Below, piece after piece: positions 26,737-35,341 of a stretch of 64,000 nucleotides of DNA. The notes under the pieces are model-generated. The model ran no database searches, was not told the DNA's origin, and saw nothing but the letters and a program-made list of their open reading frames with translations. The DNA is from a virus. The first letter of the stretch is position 1. Every line of letters starts with the position of its first letter. The position numbers and the translations under genes were made by a program. The stretch covers positions 1,609-65,608 of the IMG/VR virus record IMGVR_UViG_3300037834_000041. One strand, 5' to 3'.

Positions 26737-27263
26737 GCCTCACGATCAAATACGCCGACATTTACCGAGCCGCGGTCATCAGCCTCTGCACGAACTACCG
26801 GTACGAGCTGACGCGGACCTGGGACCGGTCCAAGAAGCCGGTCCTCTTCGTGATGTTAAACCCAAGCACGGCCGATTCGCGGATCGACGACCCGACGATT
26901 CGCCGGTGCATGGGCTTCGCGCAGGCGTGGGGGAAGGGCGGGATAATCGTCGTGAACCTGTTCGCGTGGCGGGCGACGGACCCGCGGTCCCTGTATAAGC
27001 TCGCGAAGGCCGAGGCGGTCGGGCCGGACAACGACAGGCACATTGTCGCGGCGTGCCTCCGGGCGGACCTGCACGTCGCGGCCTGGGGCACGCACGGCCG
27101 GCTGTGCGGCCGGGATCGGGAAGTCGTCGAGCTGGCGAACCACGCGATCATCAGCAACGGCGTCGGCCCTGGCATGACGGCGTTGAAAGCCACGAAGAAC
27201 GGCGACCCGATGCACCCGCTGTACCTCCGAGCCGACCTGGAACCGACCATCGCACTGGCCTGA
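26730..27263 (+). CDS. DUF1643 family protein
   Basis: YRYELTRTW, FVMLNPSTAD, DDPTIRRC, AAWG, PMHPLY. Confidence 0.85.
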   Translation: MVSLTIKYADIYRAAVISLCTNYRYELTRTWDRSKKPVLFVMLNPSTADSRIDDPTIRRCMGFAQAWGKGGIIVVNLFAWRATDPRSLYKLAKAEAVGPDNDRHIVAACLRADLHVAAWGTHGRLCGRDREVVELANHAIISNGVGPGMTALKATKNGDPMHPLYLRADLEPTIALA

Positions 27264-27282
27264 ACCGAAAGGCGGATCCGAC

Positions 27283-27891
27283 GTGACCCAGACGACGATC
27301 GGCGTGGAAGCCTTCCCGCTCCAGTGGCCGCTGAACAAGCCGCGGACGCCCGGCCACCGGCGGGAGCGGTCCCGGTTCGAGACGAGCTTCACGGTGGCGC
27401 GGGACACGCTGCTGAAGGAGATCAAGCTGCTACGGGGGCGGGCCGTCGTCATCTCGACGAACGTGAGCCTCCGCCGCGATGGGCTGCCGCTCGCCGGCCA
27501 GCGGACGCCCGACGATCCCGGCGTGGCGGTGTACTTCCTGGACAAGAACGGGAAGCAAAAGTGCGTCGCTTGCGACCGGTGGAACAAGGTCGAGGACAAC
27601 ATTCAGTCGATCCGGAAGACGATCGAGGCCCTCCGCGGGATCGACCGCTGGGGCACGGGGGACATGGTCGAGGCGGCGTTCAGCGGGTTCACCGCCCTCC
27701 CGCCCGCGCCGCCCGTTCGGAAGTGGTGGCATGTTCTGAACGTCGAACCGCACTGGCCGACAACGACGATCCACGACCGGTACAAGGAACTCGCGCTGCA
27801 GCGCCATCCCGACCGCGGCGGCAGTCATGAGGCGATGTCCACCCTGAACACGGCCTACGAGGAGTTCAAGCGTGAACGCGGCATCCCCTGA
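27283..27891 (+). CDS. Phage J-domain (DnaJ-like) protein
   Basis: C-terminal LALQRHPDRGGSHEAMSTLNTAYEE with HPD motif; DDPGVAVYF...CDRW N-terminal domain. Confidence 0.85.
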   Translation: MTQTTIGVEAFPLQWPLNKPRTPGHRRERSRFETSFTVARDTLLKEIKLLRGRAVVISTNVSLRRDGLPLAGQRTPDDPGVAVYFLDKNGKQKCVACDRWNKVEDNIQSIRKTIEALRGIDRWGTGDMVEAAFSGFTALPPAPPVRKWWHVLNVEPHWPTTTIHDRYKELALQRHPDRGGSHEAMSTLNTAYEEFKRERGIP

Positions 27892-28210
27892 GACCGGCCC
27901 GACCAGCAAGCCGAAGCCGACCTTGGAAGAAGCCTTCCGCCGGTTCCATGCGGCGAACCCGGAGGTGTTCCGGCTGTTCCGGAAGTTCGCCTATCAGGTC
28001 CTGAACAACGGCCTGGACCACTACAGCGCCGACGCAATCCTCCACCGGATCCGCTGGCACATGGACATCGATGTCAAGGAGCGGGACGGTGAATTCCGTT
28101 TGAACAACAACCACGCCGCGTACTACGCGCGGCTGCTGATGCAGGAGGAGCCAATGTTCGAGGGCTTTTTCACCACCCGCGAGACCAAGAGCGAAGGAGC
28201 GACGCCGTGA
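27872..28210 (+). CDS. Conserved phage hypothetical protein
   Basis: FHAANPEVF...YSADAILHRIRW...LNNNHAAYYARL. Confidence 0.65.
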   Translation: MNAASPETGPTSKPKPTLEEAFRRFHAANPEVFRLFRKFAYQVLNNGLDHYSADAILHRIRWHMDIDVKERDGEFRLNNNHAAYYARLLMQEEPMFEGFFTTRETKSEGATP

Positions 28211-28443
28211 GCATGAAGTGTTCCCTGTCCGGCCTCACGAAGAACGCGGCCCGGTGCATCGACGATTTGGTCCAGGAACTTCGGAACCACCTCACCGAAG
28301 AGGAGATGAACGACATCTGCCAGGAACATCAGCCGGGGTACTACTCCGCCTGCCTCCTGGAACTGAGCCACCACGCCCGCGAAACGAAGGGCGGCAAACA
28401 CACCGTCGATGAGTTCGCGGATTGTTACGACCTGAAGAAGTAG
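28207..28443 (+). CDS. Hypothetical protein (78 aa)
   Basis: Start is coupled to the upstream stop codon. Confidence 0.55.
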   Translation: MSMKCSLSGLTKNAARCIDDLVQELRNHLTEEEMNDICQEHQPGYYSACLLELSHHARETKGGKHTVDEFADCYDLKK

Positions 28444-28479
28444 CCACACCAGGCCCACAGAAACCTACGAGAACCTGTC

Positions 28480-29733
28480 ATGAAGATCGTGCAACTGACC
28501 GCGGAGAACGTGAAGAAGCTGAAGGTCGTCGAGATCACGCCGACTAGCGACTTCATCCAGATCACGGGGAAGAACGGGTCGGGCAAGACCAGCGTGCTTG
28601 ACTCGATCTTCTGGGCGCTCGCCGGCAAGGACGGCATCCAGGACCGGCCCATCCGGAACGGCGAGGAACGCGCCCGCGTCCGGCTGAACCTCGGGGAGAT
28701 CACCGTCGAGCGGCGGTTCACGCCGAACGGCACGACGCTGATCGTCGAGAACGCGGAGGGCGCTCGCTACCCGTCCCCGCAAGCCATGCTGGACGGCCTG
28801 ATCGGGGAGTTGTCGTTCGACCCGCTCGCGTTCGCCCACATGAAGCCGCGGGACCAGTACGACGAGCTGAAGCGGGTGGCGAAGATCGACCTGGACCTGG
28901 ACGCGATCGAGGGTCAGAACAAGGCCGACGCCGACCGCCGGCGGGACCGGAACCGCGAGGCGAAGGAGGCCCGGACGCGGGCCGAGGCGATCACGATCAA
29001 GTTCCCGGACATGGACGCGCCGATCGACGTGAAGCAGCTCCTCGCCAAGATCGAGGCGGCCAGCAAGGCGAACGCGGCGGCGAACAACGAGCTGATGCGC
29101 CAGGAGCGGGTACGCCACTTGGAGGCCGGCCTGCTCCGGGAGGTCGAGACCGCCCGGAAGGAACTGGCCCAGGCCGAAGTGAACCTCCGTGTGGTCCAGG
29201 AGAAGATCGCGGCCTTCGAGCCGATCCCGCCCGTCATCAACCTGCGGCCGTTCCACGACGAAATCGAGTTGGCCGAACACAAGAACGCCGACTTCCGCAA
29301 CCGCGCCGCCCTCGCCGAACTGACCGACCGGGCGGCCCAGCTCGAAGCGGATTCCGAGGCGATCAGCGAGCGGATCGAAGCCCGGAACGCGGCGAAGGCG
29401 AAGGCCCTGGAGTCCGCGGCGATGCCGATCCCCGGCCTGACCCTCGGCGACGGCCGCGTGTTCCTGAACGGCGTGCCGTTCGACCAGTGCTCCTCGGCCG
29501 AGCAGCTCCGCGCGTCCGTCGCGATCGCGATGGCCGCCAACCCGAAGCTGCGGGTGATCCGCATCAAGGACGGCTCCCTGCTCGACGACGACGGCCTGCG
29601 GACGATCGCGGACCTGGCCGCCGCCCAGGACTATCAGGTCTGGGTGGAGCGGGTGGACAACTCGGGCAAGATCGGGATCGTCATGGAGGACGGTGCGGTT
29701 GTGACGAACAACGACGCCGCGGCCGTCGCGTAA
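28480..29733 (+). CDS. SMC/RecF-like AAA ATPase with coiled coil
   Basis: Walker A ITGKNGSGKTS, coiled coil, SSAEQ signature, variant Walker B IRIKDGSLLD. Confidence 0.85.
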   Translation: MKIVQLTAENVKKLKVVEITPTSDFIQITGKNGSGKTSVLDSIFWALAGKDGIQDRPIRNGEERARVRLNLGEITVERRFTPNGTTLIVENAEGARYPSPQAMLDGLIGELSFDPLAFAHMKPRDQYDELKRVAKIDLDLDAIEGQNKADADRRRDRNREAKEARTRAEAITIKFPDMDAPIDVKQLLAKIEAASKANAAANNELMRQERVRHLEAGLLREVETARKELAQAEVNLRVVQEKIAAFEPIPPVINLRPFHDEIELAEHKNADFRNRAALAELTDRAAQLEADSEAISERIEARNAAKAKALESAAMPIPGLTLGDGRVFLNGVPFDQCSSAEQLRASVAIAMAANPKLRVIRIKDGSLLDDDGLRTIADLAAAQDYQVWVERVDNSGKIGIVMEDGAVVTNNDAAAVA

Positions 29734-29767
29734 CCCAGGCCAACCCCTACTTTCGGGCGGACTTTCC

Positions 29768-30043
29768 ATGCGAGACTTCTTTCGCCGGCGGGAGTGCTAC
29801 GCGATCGGCTGCGCGGCGGGCGACGAGGACCCGTACTCCGGGTGCGTGCGGTGCGGGACCCCGGCCGGGGCCGAGGGCTGGCGGTTCGGCTGGTACTGGC
29901 AGGTCCGGTTCTGGCTGATCGAACTCGGGCTGTACCTCGGCAGCCGGTGCGCGGACTGCGGCCGCCGGCTGTGGCCGTGGCGAAAGCGGGTCGGCCACCG
30001 GTTCTGTTCCGCCGCGTGTCTCGAAGCCAACATCCCGTTCTGA
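29768..30043 (+). CDS. Small Cys-rich zinc-finger protein
   Basis: CVRCG, CADCG, FCSAAC. Confidence 0.55.
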   Translation: MRDFFRRRECYAIGCAAGDEDPYSGCVRCGTPAGAEGWRFGWYWQVRFWLIELGLYLGSRCADCGRRLWPWRKRVGHRFCSAACLEANIPF

Positions 30044-30044
30044 G

Positions 30045-30626
30045 GTGGAAGTGCAACAACGCGCCGAAGGTGCAAGGGTGGCATACCCGCTGTTCCAGGT
30101 GGGAGGGGGCGGTTCGAGTCCGACCTCGGCGCTTCAACTGACGTTCGAGCGGGTGCGGTTTGATACGGCGATGGAACTGAACCGGCTTTGGCATTCCCGG
30201 CTTCCCCGGATGGGGACCGGGGCCATCAAGAACCCGGAACGGCGGTTCACCTGCTTCTGCGGCATCTACGGCGGCCTGATCTACTGCGTCGGCATCTGGT
30301 CGTTGCCGGCAGCGCGAGCCTTGCCCCAGGACGGGACGTGGTTGGAACTACGGAGGTACGCGATTGCCCCAGACGCTCCCAAGAACACGGGCAGTCGGGG
30401 CTTGCGAGTGATGGAACTCCTGATCCGTCGCCAGTTACCGGCCGTCCGCCGGCTGTGCAGCTCGCAGGACACCGAGGCTCACACCGGCTGCATCTACCGC
30501 GCGGCCGGGTGGAAGCCTGCCCGACTCAGCGATGGCGGCGAATGGGACACGCCGGCACGAAGACGGCCGAAGGTCCAAAGCGACGCCCCGAAGCAACGGT
30601 GGGACAAGGTCATCCATGCAGGCTGA
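30045..30626 (+). CDS. Mom-family (GNAT-fold) adenine-modification protein
   Basis: GIWSLPAAR, WLELRRYAIAPDAPKNTGSR, QDTEAHTGCIYRAAGW. Confidence 0.7.
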   Translation: MEVQQRAEGARVAYPLFQVGGGGSSPTSALQLTFERVRFDTAMELNRLWHSRLPRMGTGAIKNPERRFTCFCGIYGGLIYCVGIWSLPAARALPQDGTWLELRRYAIAPDAPKNTGSRGLRVMELLIRRQLPAVRRLCSSQDTEAHTGCIYRAAGWKPARLSDGGEWDTPARRRPKVQSDAPKQRWDKVIHAG

Positions 30627-31638
30627 GTTACTCGATCATCGGAAGTTCCTCCGCCTCGTCCGACTGCTGGGCGAGCCGACGCCGCACGTCCTCGGCTACC
30701 TGATGCTGATGTGGCGGCGCGGGTATCAGACCGGATCCCCGGTCGTCGGCGACGACTTGGACGTTGAGGCGGCCGCGGAGTTCACCGGCGAGTCGGGGCG
30801 GTTCGCGAAGGCGGCGAAGGCGGCCGGGTTCGTCGATCAAGGGCCGGACGGGTTGTACCGGATACACGACCTGTGGGACCACGCGCCGGAGTACGCCCGG
30901 AAGCGGATGGCCCGCGCGGGCAACCTGCCGGCGGGCATGGATAGCTACTGCGGCATCAAGCCGGGCGGACGCCGCGCGGCGGCGAAAACGGCGAAACAGA
31001 CGCCGCGCGGCGGCGAAAACGGCGAAACAGACGCCGCGCGGCACACAGAGATCAGAGATCAGAGATCAGAGGTCAGAGGTCAGAGGTCAGAGAGGGAAGA
31101 AGAAGAGAAATCTTGCTCGGAGCCGCCGAAGCCGGCGGCGTCCGAGCCGGCGGCGACGCCACCCCCGCCGCCGGTGCTGACCATCCCGGCCGTCGGGGAG
31201 GGGGATCAGGAGTGGCCGCTGACCCAGGCCAAGATCGACGAGTGGGGGGAGGCGTACCCCGGCGTGGACGTGCTGGCCGAGTGCCGGAAGGCCCGGCAGT
31301 GGTGCATCGACAATCCCACCCGCCGCAAGACGGCGAAGGGGATGCCCCGGTTTCTCTCGACGTGGCTGTCCCGAGCGCAGGACCAGGCCCCCAGGACGAC
31401 GCAGCATGGACCCGATCGCCGAGGCGATGCAAAGGCTGTTGGAAACGGCCCGGCTGCGGGAGGCGGCCGGATCGTCGCCCCCGCCACCGACTACGCCGCC
31501 GCCGAAGCCCGGCACGTTCGCGTCGGGGGTGTTGACGCTGGCCCGCCCGCACGCGCGTCTCCGCCCGGACAAGCCGCGGCGGGCGAAGCTGGTCCCGAAG
31601 GATCTCCGGGAGCGGATCGCGGCGGCGTGCCGTGGTGA
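30616..31638 (+). CDS. Phage replication initiator (lambda O-like) containing iteron-like repeats
   Basis: N-terminal wHTH (VLGYLMLMW...IHDLWDH); C-terminal WGEAYPGVDVLAECRKARQWCIDNPTRRKT...RFLSTWL. Confidence 0.75.
   Translation: MQAELLDHRKFLRLVRLLGEPTPHVLGYLMLMWRRGYQTGSPVVGDDLDVEAAAEFTGESGRFAKAAKAAGFVDQGPDGLYRIHDLWDHAPEYARKRMARAGNLPAGMDSYCGIKPGGRRAAAKTAKQTPRGGENGETDAARHTEIRDQRSEVRGQRSEREEEEKSCSEPPKPAASEPAATPPPPPVLTIPAVGEGDQEWPLTQAKIDEWGEAYPGVDVLAECRKARQWCIDNPTRRKTAKGMPRFLSTWLSRAQDQAPRTTQHGPDRRGDAKAVGNGPAAGGGRIVAPATDYAAAEARHVRVGGVDAGPPARASPPGQAAAGEAGPEGSPGADRGGVPW
30968..31094 (+). repeat. Probable phage replication origin: 31-bp tandem repeat (2.4 copies) plus seven 7-bp CAGAG(A/G)T units
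   Basis: GACGCCGCGCGGCGGCGAAAACGGCGAAACA at 30968 and 30999, partial copy at 31030; 7-mers at 31046-31094. Confidence 0.7.
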
Positions 31639-32053
31639 ATCCCCGTGGCCGCTGACGCTCCACGGGCTGCCGGGGCGGGGAAAGTCCTCGGCGGCGCTGC
31701 TGCTGCTCGACTGCGTCCGGGACGGGGTGTACATGACCGGCCGGGAGTGCGTGGACGCCGAGTTCGGCACCGGCGAGCAGACGGCGAACCAGTTCCGATA
31801 TCGCTGGAAGCGGGCGGACCTGTGCGTGATCGATCAGTTCGGCATGGACTGCCGGCCCGGATCGCCCTGCCCGCCGGCGAAGCTGCAGGTGTTCGTGGAC
31901 CTGATCGACTACCGCGAGGGCAAGCCGCTCGTGCTGGTGTCGAACCACACGCCCGCGGCCCTCGGCGAGTTGTTCGACGCGCAGATCCGCGACCGGATCG
32001 AGGGCGGGACGATCATCGAACTTTGCGGCCCGTCGCTGCGGGCGAACCGATAG
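31406..32053 (+). CDS. DnaC/IstB-like helicase loader ATPase
   Basis: Walker A LHGLPGRGKS, variant Walker B LCVIDQFG, LVLVSNH, RDRI. Confidence 0.8.
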   Translation: MDPIAEAMQRLLETARLREAAGSSPPPPTTPPPKPGTFASGVLTLARPHARLRPDKPRRAKLVPKDLRERIAAACRGESPWPLTLHGLPGRGKSSAALLLLDCVRDGVYMTGRECVDAEFGTGEQTANQFRYRWKRADLCVIDQFGMDCRPGSPCPPAKLQVFVDLIDYREGKPLVLVSNHTPAALGELFDAQIRDRIEGGTIIELCGPSLRANR

Positions 32054-32064
32054 GCGGAACACGG

Positions 32065-32277
32065 ATGACGCCGGAACAGATCGTGATCGCAGGGCAAGCC
32101 GTCCTGAACGCCGTGCTGGTGGCGGGCGGGTTCTACCTCCTCGGCCGGTGCTGGCGGTCGGAGGAGGCGGCGGAATCATGGCGGCGGGATTACGAGTGGC
32201 TCCGCGCGAGTGCGGGCCGCCCCGCGGCCGACGAAACGGGAACGTGCCAAGGGTGGCCGGGCATGTACGGCCACTGA
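32065..32277 (+). CDS. Small membrane protein (70 aa)
   Basis: TM segment AVLNAVLVAGGFYLLG. Confidence 0.5.
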   Translation: MTPEQIVIAGQAVLNAVLVAGGFYLLGRCWRSEEAAESWRRDYEWLRASAGRPAADETGTCQGWPGMYGH

Positions 32278-32292
32278 AACGGGAGGTGAACG

Positions 32293-32625
32293 GTGAAGCA
32301 GATTCTGGGCGGGGACACGCTCGCCAAGCTGAACGACGGCTACTTCGGGAAGATCACCGACGAAGCCTTACGCCAGGTGATGAAGGACATCCAGGAGCGG
32401 GGCCACGACGGGAAGAAGCGGACGATCACGATCAAGGTCACGCTCGCCCCGGACGGCGAGACTGGGCAGGTGAAGATCGACACGGAGGTCGGGTACAAGC
32501 TGCCGAGCTACGTCCCGCCGACGACGATCGGGAAGTACAACGCGGCGGTCGGCGGGGTCGTCTTCCGCGACGACGCCCCGGAGAACCCGGACCAGACGAC
32601 CACGAACGACCTGATGGAGAAGTAA
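32293..32625 (+). CDS. Conserved phage hypothetical protein (110 aa)
   Basis: GGAGG RBS; KKRTITIKVTLAP. Confidence 0.65.
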   Translation: MKQILGGDTLAKLNDGYFGKITDEALRQVMKDIQERGHDGKKRTITIKVTLAPDGETGQVKIDTEVGYKLPSYVPPTTIGKYNAAVGGVVFRDDAPENPDQTTTNDLMEK

Positions 32626-32703
32626 CCCCGCCGCGGGACCGCCCCGCGGCCGACGCAAGACACCACCGCCCATTCAAAACTTTCAAACGCGAACGGAGAT
32701 GCC

Positions 32704-33498
32704 ATGCTGACGGAGAAGTTCGTTTCGGAGATCGCGGGCCTGGCCGTGAAGGCCAACGGCAACCGCGTCTTCAAGGCCCCCGACGAACCGGACCACGTCT
32801 ATCACACTATTGACGCGGACGGCAAGTTGACGAAACACGCGACGGAGCCGAAGCCCGAGAACAACGTCGTTTACGACTTCGAGTCGGTCGCGAAAGTGCA
32901 GGCCGAGAGCAAGGCCGGCGAGACGTGGTACCACGAGGGCGGTGTTCACGTCGTCCACGACGTGGAGACCCGGCGCGACGCGACGAAGCTGCACCTCACT
33001 CATTCCGAGCCGCTCGCCAAGCTGCGGGAGTGGAAGGACCAGAAGGCGGCGAAGCTGAAGCAGATCGAGGTGTACCACCTGCTCCGGACGACGTTCGCCG
33101 GCTGCCTCAACGTCCACCCGACCATCGTGAACGACCTGCGGAAGGTGGACGTGAAGAAGGTGCAGGAGGCGACCGGCATCGTCCAGAAGGCGAACGTCTC
33201 CATGTCCCGCTCGATGGTGGCCGAGGCGAGCGGGGCGGACAAGCTGCCCGACGTGCTGACGTTCGAGGTCCCGTACTGGGCGGAGGCCCTCGCGCCGCTC
33301 AAGGTCCGCGTCCGCGTCGCGTTCGACCTGGACCCGGAGGCCGAGGTGTTCCGGTTCGTGATTCTTCCCGGCGAGATCGAGAAGGCGGAGTTCGAGGCCG
33401 CGTCCTTCGTCCACCGCCGGCTCCTCTCGGCGCTGACGGAGGCGGGCGTGAAGCCGGAGGAAGTGGAAAAGGTCCTGATGCACGGCTGGCCGGGCTAA
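32704..33498 (+). CDS. Phage hypothetical protein, possibly DUF2303/YfdQ-like
   Basis: GGAG RBS; strongly coding codon usage; the family call is tentative. Confidence 0.55.
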   Translation: MLTEKFVSEIAGLAVKANGNRVFKAPDEPDHVYHTIDADGKLTKHATEPKPENNVVYDFESVAKVQAESKAGETWYHEGGVHVVHDVETRRDATKLHLTHSEPLAKLREWKDQKAAKLKQIEVYHLLRTTFAGCLNVHPTIVNDLRKVDVKKVQEATGIVQKANVSMSRSMVAEASGADKLPDVLTFEVPYWAEALAPLKVRVRVAFDLDPEAEVFRFVILPGEIEKAEFEAASFVHRRLLSALTEAGVKPEEVEKVLMHGWPG

Positions 33499-33513
33499 CC
33501 AGCGGGGTTCGCG

Positions 33514-34485
33514 ATGGGAATTGATCCCGCGTGGGAAGAGGTGCTGATCCGGGGCGGGCACATCGAGGCCCGCCCCGCTTCGACCGCTGCCGCTTTACCG
33601 ATACCCGAAAGGCCACCGATGATCGCTGGTGGGGTGTGCGAGCATTTTGAACCTGGCAGGTATCTGGCGGAAGTACCCTTGGAACGCTTGGTGGTGAGAG
33701 ACACCCACTACGGCGAGCCGGTCCCGAAGCAACGTCCCAGGCTCGGGAGGAACGGTCGTGTGTATACTCCGGGATCGACGAAGGATCACCAAAGGGAACT
33801 GGCTGATCTGGTCCGGAGCCGCCTCGTGGGAGCGGAGCCTGATGGCGAATGGGCATATGGAATTCGAGCCGTTTTCTACGTGCAAACCCACCAACGTAAG
33901 GACGTAGACAACATGTTGAAGACGGTTCTCGATGCCATGAACCGCTTGATTTTCTGCGATGACTCGCAGGTAAAAGAATTGATGGGATGGAGTGTTTACG
34001 ATGGCGAAAGCCCGCGGACGGAGTTCGTAGTTTACCGGCTCCATCCGATTTGCCGGGAGTCCGGAACCTGCAACGTATGCGGCAAACGGTTCCGACTCTA
34101 CAAGTCCTGGCGGATGCGCGTTTATTGTTCCCGCAAGTGCTACATGGTTAGCACCATGCGATCCGCCGCCTTCAACTGTACGCACTGCGGCCGCGAATTT
34201 ATTCGAAAGCGAAGCGTCGAGAAGAAGAGTAAAACCGGCGACCACTTTTGCAGCGTGGCGTGCAAAGGTAAACACTCCCGACGACGAGCAAAGTGCGATG
34301 TTTGTGGTAACGCCATCAATAGGCCGAATTCTTGGTCAAGGCCAGGGCAAGTAAAGAACTACTGCTCACAGGTGTGTTACCATGCTGGCCCGAAGCCTTC
34401 GCGGGTGAAACCTCTAACAACCGAAGAACTCAGAGCGATCGCCAAGAAGGGCTGGGAAACGAGGCGCAAGGCTGATTCCAAATGA
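33514..34485 (+). CDS. RusA-family Holliday junction resolvase fused to three CxxC...CSxxC zinc-binding repeats
   Basis: PVPKQRPR, KDVDNMLKTVLDAMN, DDSQV; C-terminal CNVCGKRF...YCSRKC, CTHCGREF...FCSVAC, CDVCG...YCSQVC; lower GC than flanks. Confidence 0.8.
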   Translation: MGIDPAWEEVLIRGGHIEARPASTAAALPIPERPPMIAGGVCEHFEPGRYLAEVPLERLVVRDTHYGEPVPKQRPRLGRNGRVYTPGSTKDHQRELADLVRSRLVGAEPDGEWAYGIRAVFYVQTHQRKDVDNMLKTVLDAMNRLIFCDDSQVKELMGWSVYDGESPRTEFVVYRLHPICRESGTCNVCGKRFRLYKSWRMRVYCSRKCYMVSTMRSAAFNCTHCGREFIRKRSVEKKSKTGDHFCSVACKGKHSRRRAKCDVCGNAINRPNSWSRPGQVKNYCSQVCYHAGPKPSRVKPLTTEELRAIAKKGWETRRKADSK

Positions 34486-34598
34486 TAACGATCTGCTCGC
34501 TGATGGGCGTGGAAGACGGCAGCGAGAATTGGGTCTGCACCGTGGGCCAGGAGCCGGGCGGGTTGCGCGGCGTCCGCATCCAGTTGAGGGCCGCGTGA
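34482..34598 (+). CDS. Mini-ORF (38 aa), translationally coupled at both ends
   Basis: ATGA overlap at 34482-34485 and GTGA overlap at 34595-34598. Confidence 0.4.
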   Translation: MITICSLMGVEDGSENWVCTVGQEPGGLRGVRIQLRAA

Positions 34599-34831
34599 AG
34601 AAGCAAATCGTTTTGAAGAACGTGCCCTACTGGAAGGGGAAGAAGCGGCCGCGGCAGCAGTCGCGGGCGAAGAAACTCAGCACGACGGAACTCGGAACTG
34701 AGTACACCGCCGACGACATGGAGTTCCTGAAAGCTGTGGAAGAGTTCAAGAGGAAGAACAAGGTGAAATTTCCGACTCACCTCGACATCCTCACCATCGC
34801 GAAGTCGCTCGGCTACCGGAAGGTAATATGA
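34595..34831 (+). CDS. Small planctomycete-type conserved protein (78 aa)
   Basis: EYTADDMEFLKAVEEFKRKNKVKFPTHLDILTIAKSLGYRK. Confidence 0.6.
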   Translation: MKKQIVLKNVPYWKGKKRPRQQSRAKKLSTTELGTEYTADDMEFLKAVEEFKRKNKVKFPTHLDILTIAKSLGYRKVI

Positions 34832-35013
34832 CCGCCGAGGAACTGAAGGCCCGGAACCCGTGCGGCTGCGGATGGTGTAACGCCTGCGGCATATTCTGGG
34901 CGGCCCCGCGGCCGAAACCCGCGGCCCCCGTCGTACAGCCGAAGCAGGAGCCGCCGGCGGATAAGCAGAAACCCGCAACCCTGTTCGACGGGATCGACCG
35001 CAACGATGGATGA
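34828..35013 (+). CDS. Hypothetical protein (61 aa)
   Basis: Coupled start; CGCGWCNAC. Confidence 0.5.
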   Translation: MTAEELKARNPCGCGWCNACGIFWAAPRPKPAAPVVQPKQEPPADKQKPATLFDGIDRNDG

Positions 35014-35341
35014 CACCGTGCCCCTGCTGATTTCCGTCGCCTGCTGTGCCGGGTTCACGGTGGGGCTGTACTGCGGCTACCAACTGAGGAAGTACGATGA
35101 GAGCGACGAACGAAACGAGAGGGCACGGGCAATGAGTTACTCTGGCTACGTCCACCTGGAAGAGTGCAAGATCCTCCGCACCCGCGAGAAGGCGATCCAG
35201 ATTCTGTACCAGGGCGAACGCCACTGGATTCCCCGTTCCCAGATGGCCGACGACGACCAGTACGAGGAAGGCCAGGACGGGGTTACCGTGTCGATCTCGG
35301 AATGGATCGCGAGCGAGAAAGGAATCGAAGTCGATGAATGA
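35006..35341 (+). CDS. Hypothetical protein; N-terminal TM segment, possible internal start at MSYSGY
   Basis: HWIPRSQM...ISEWIASEKG C-terminal domain. Confidence 0.55.
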   Translation: MDDTVPLLISVACCAGFTVGLYCGYQLRKYDESDERNERARAMSYSGYVHLEECKILRTREKAIQILYQGERHWIPRSQMADDDQYEEGQDGVTVSISEWIASEKGIEVDE

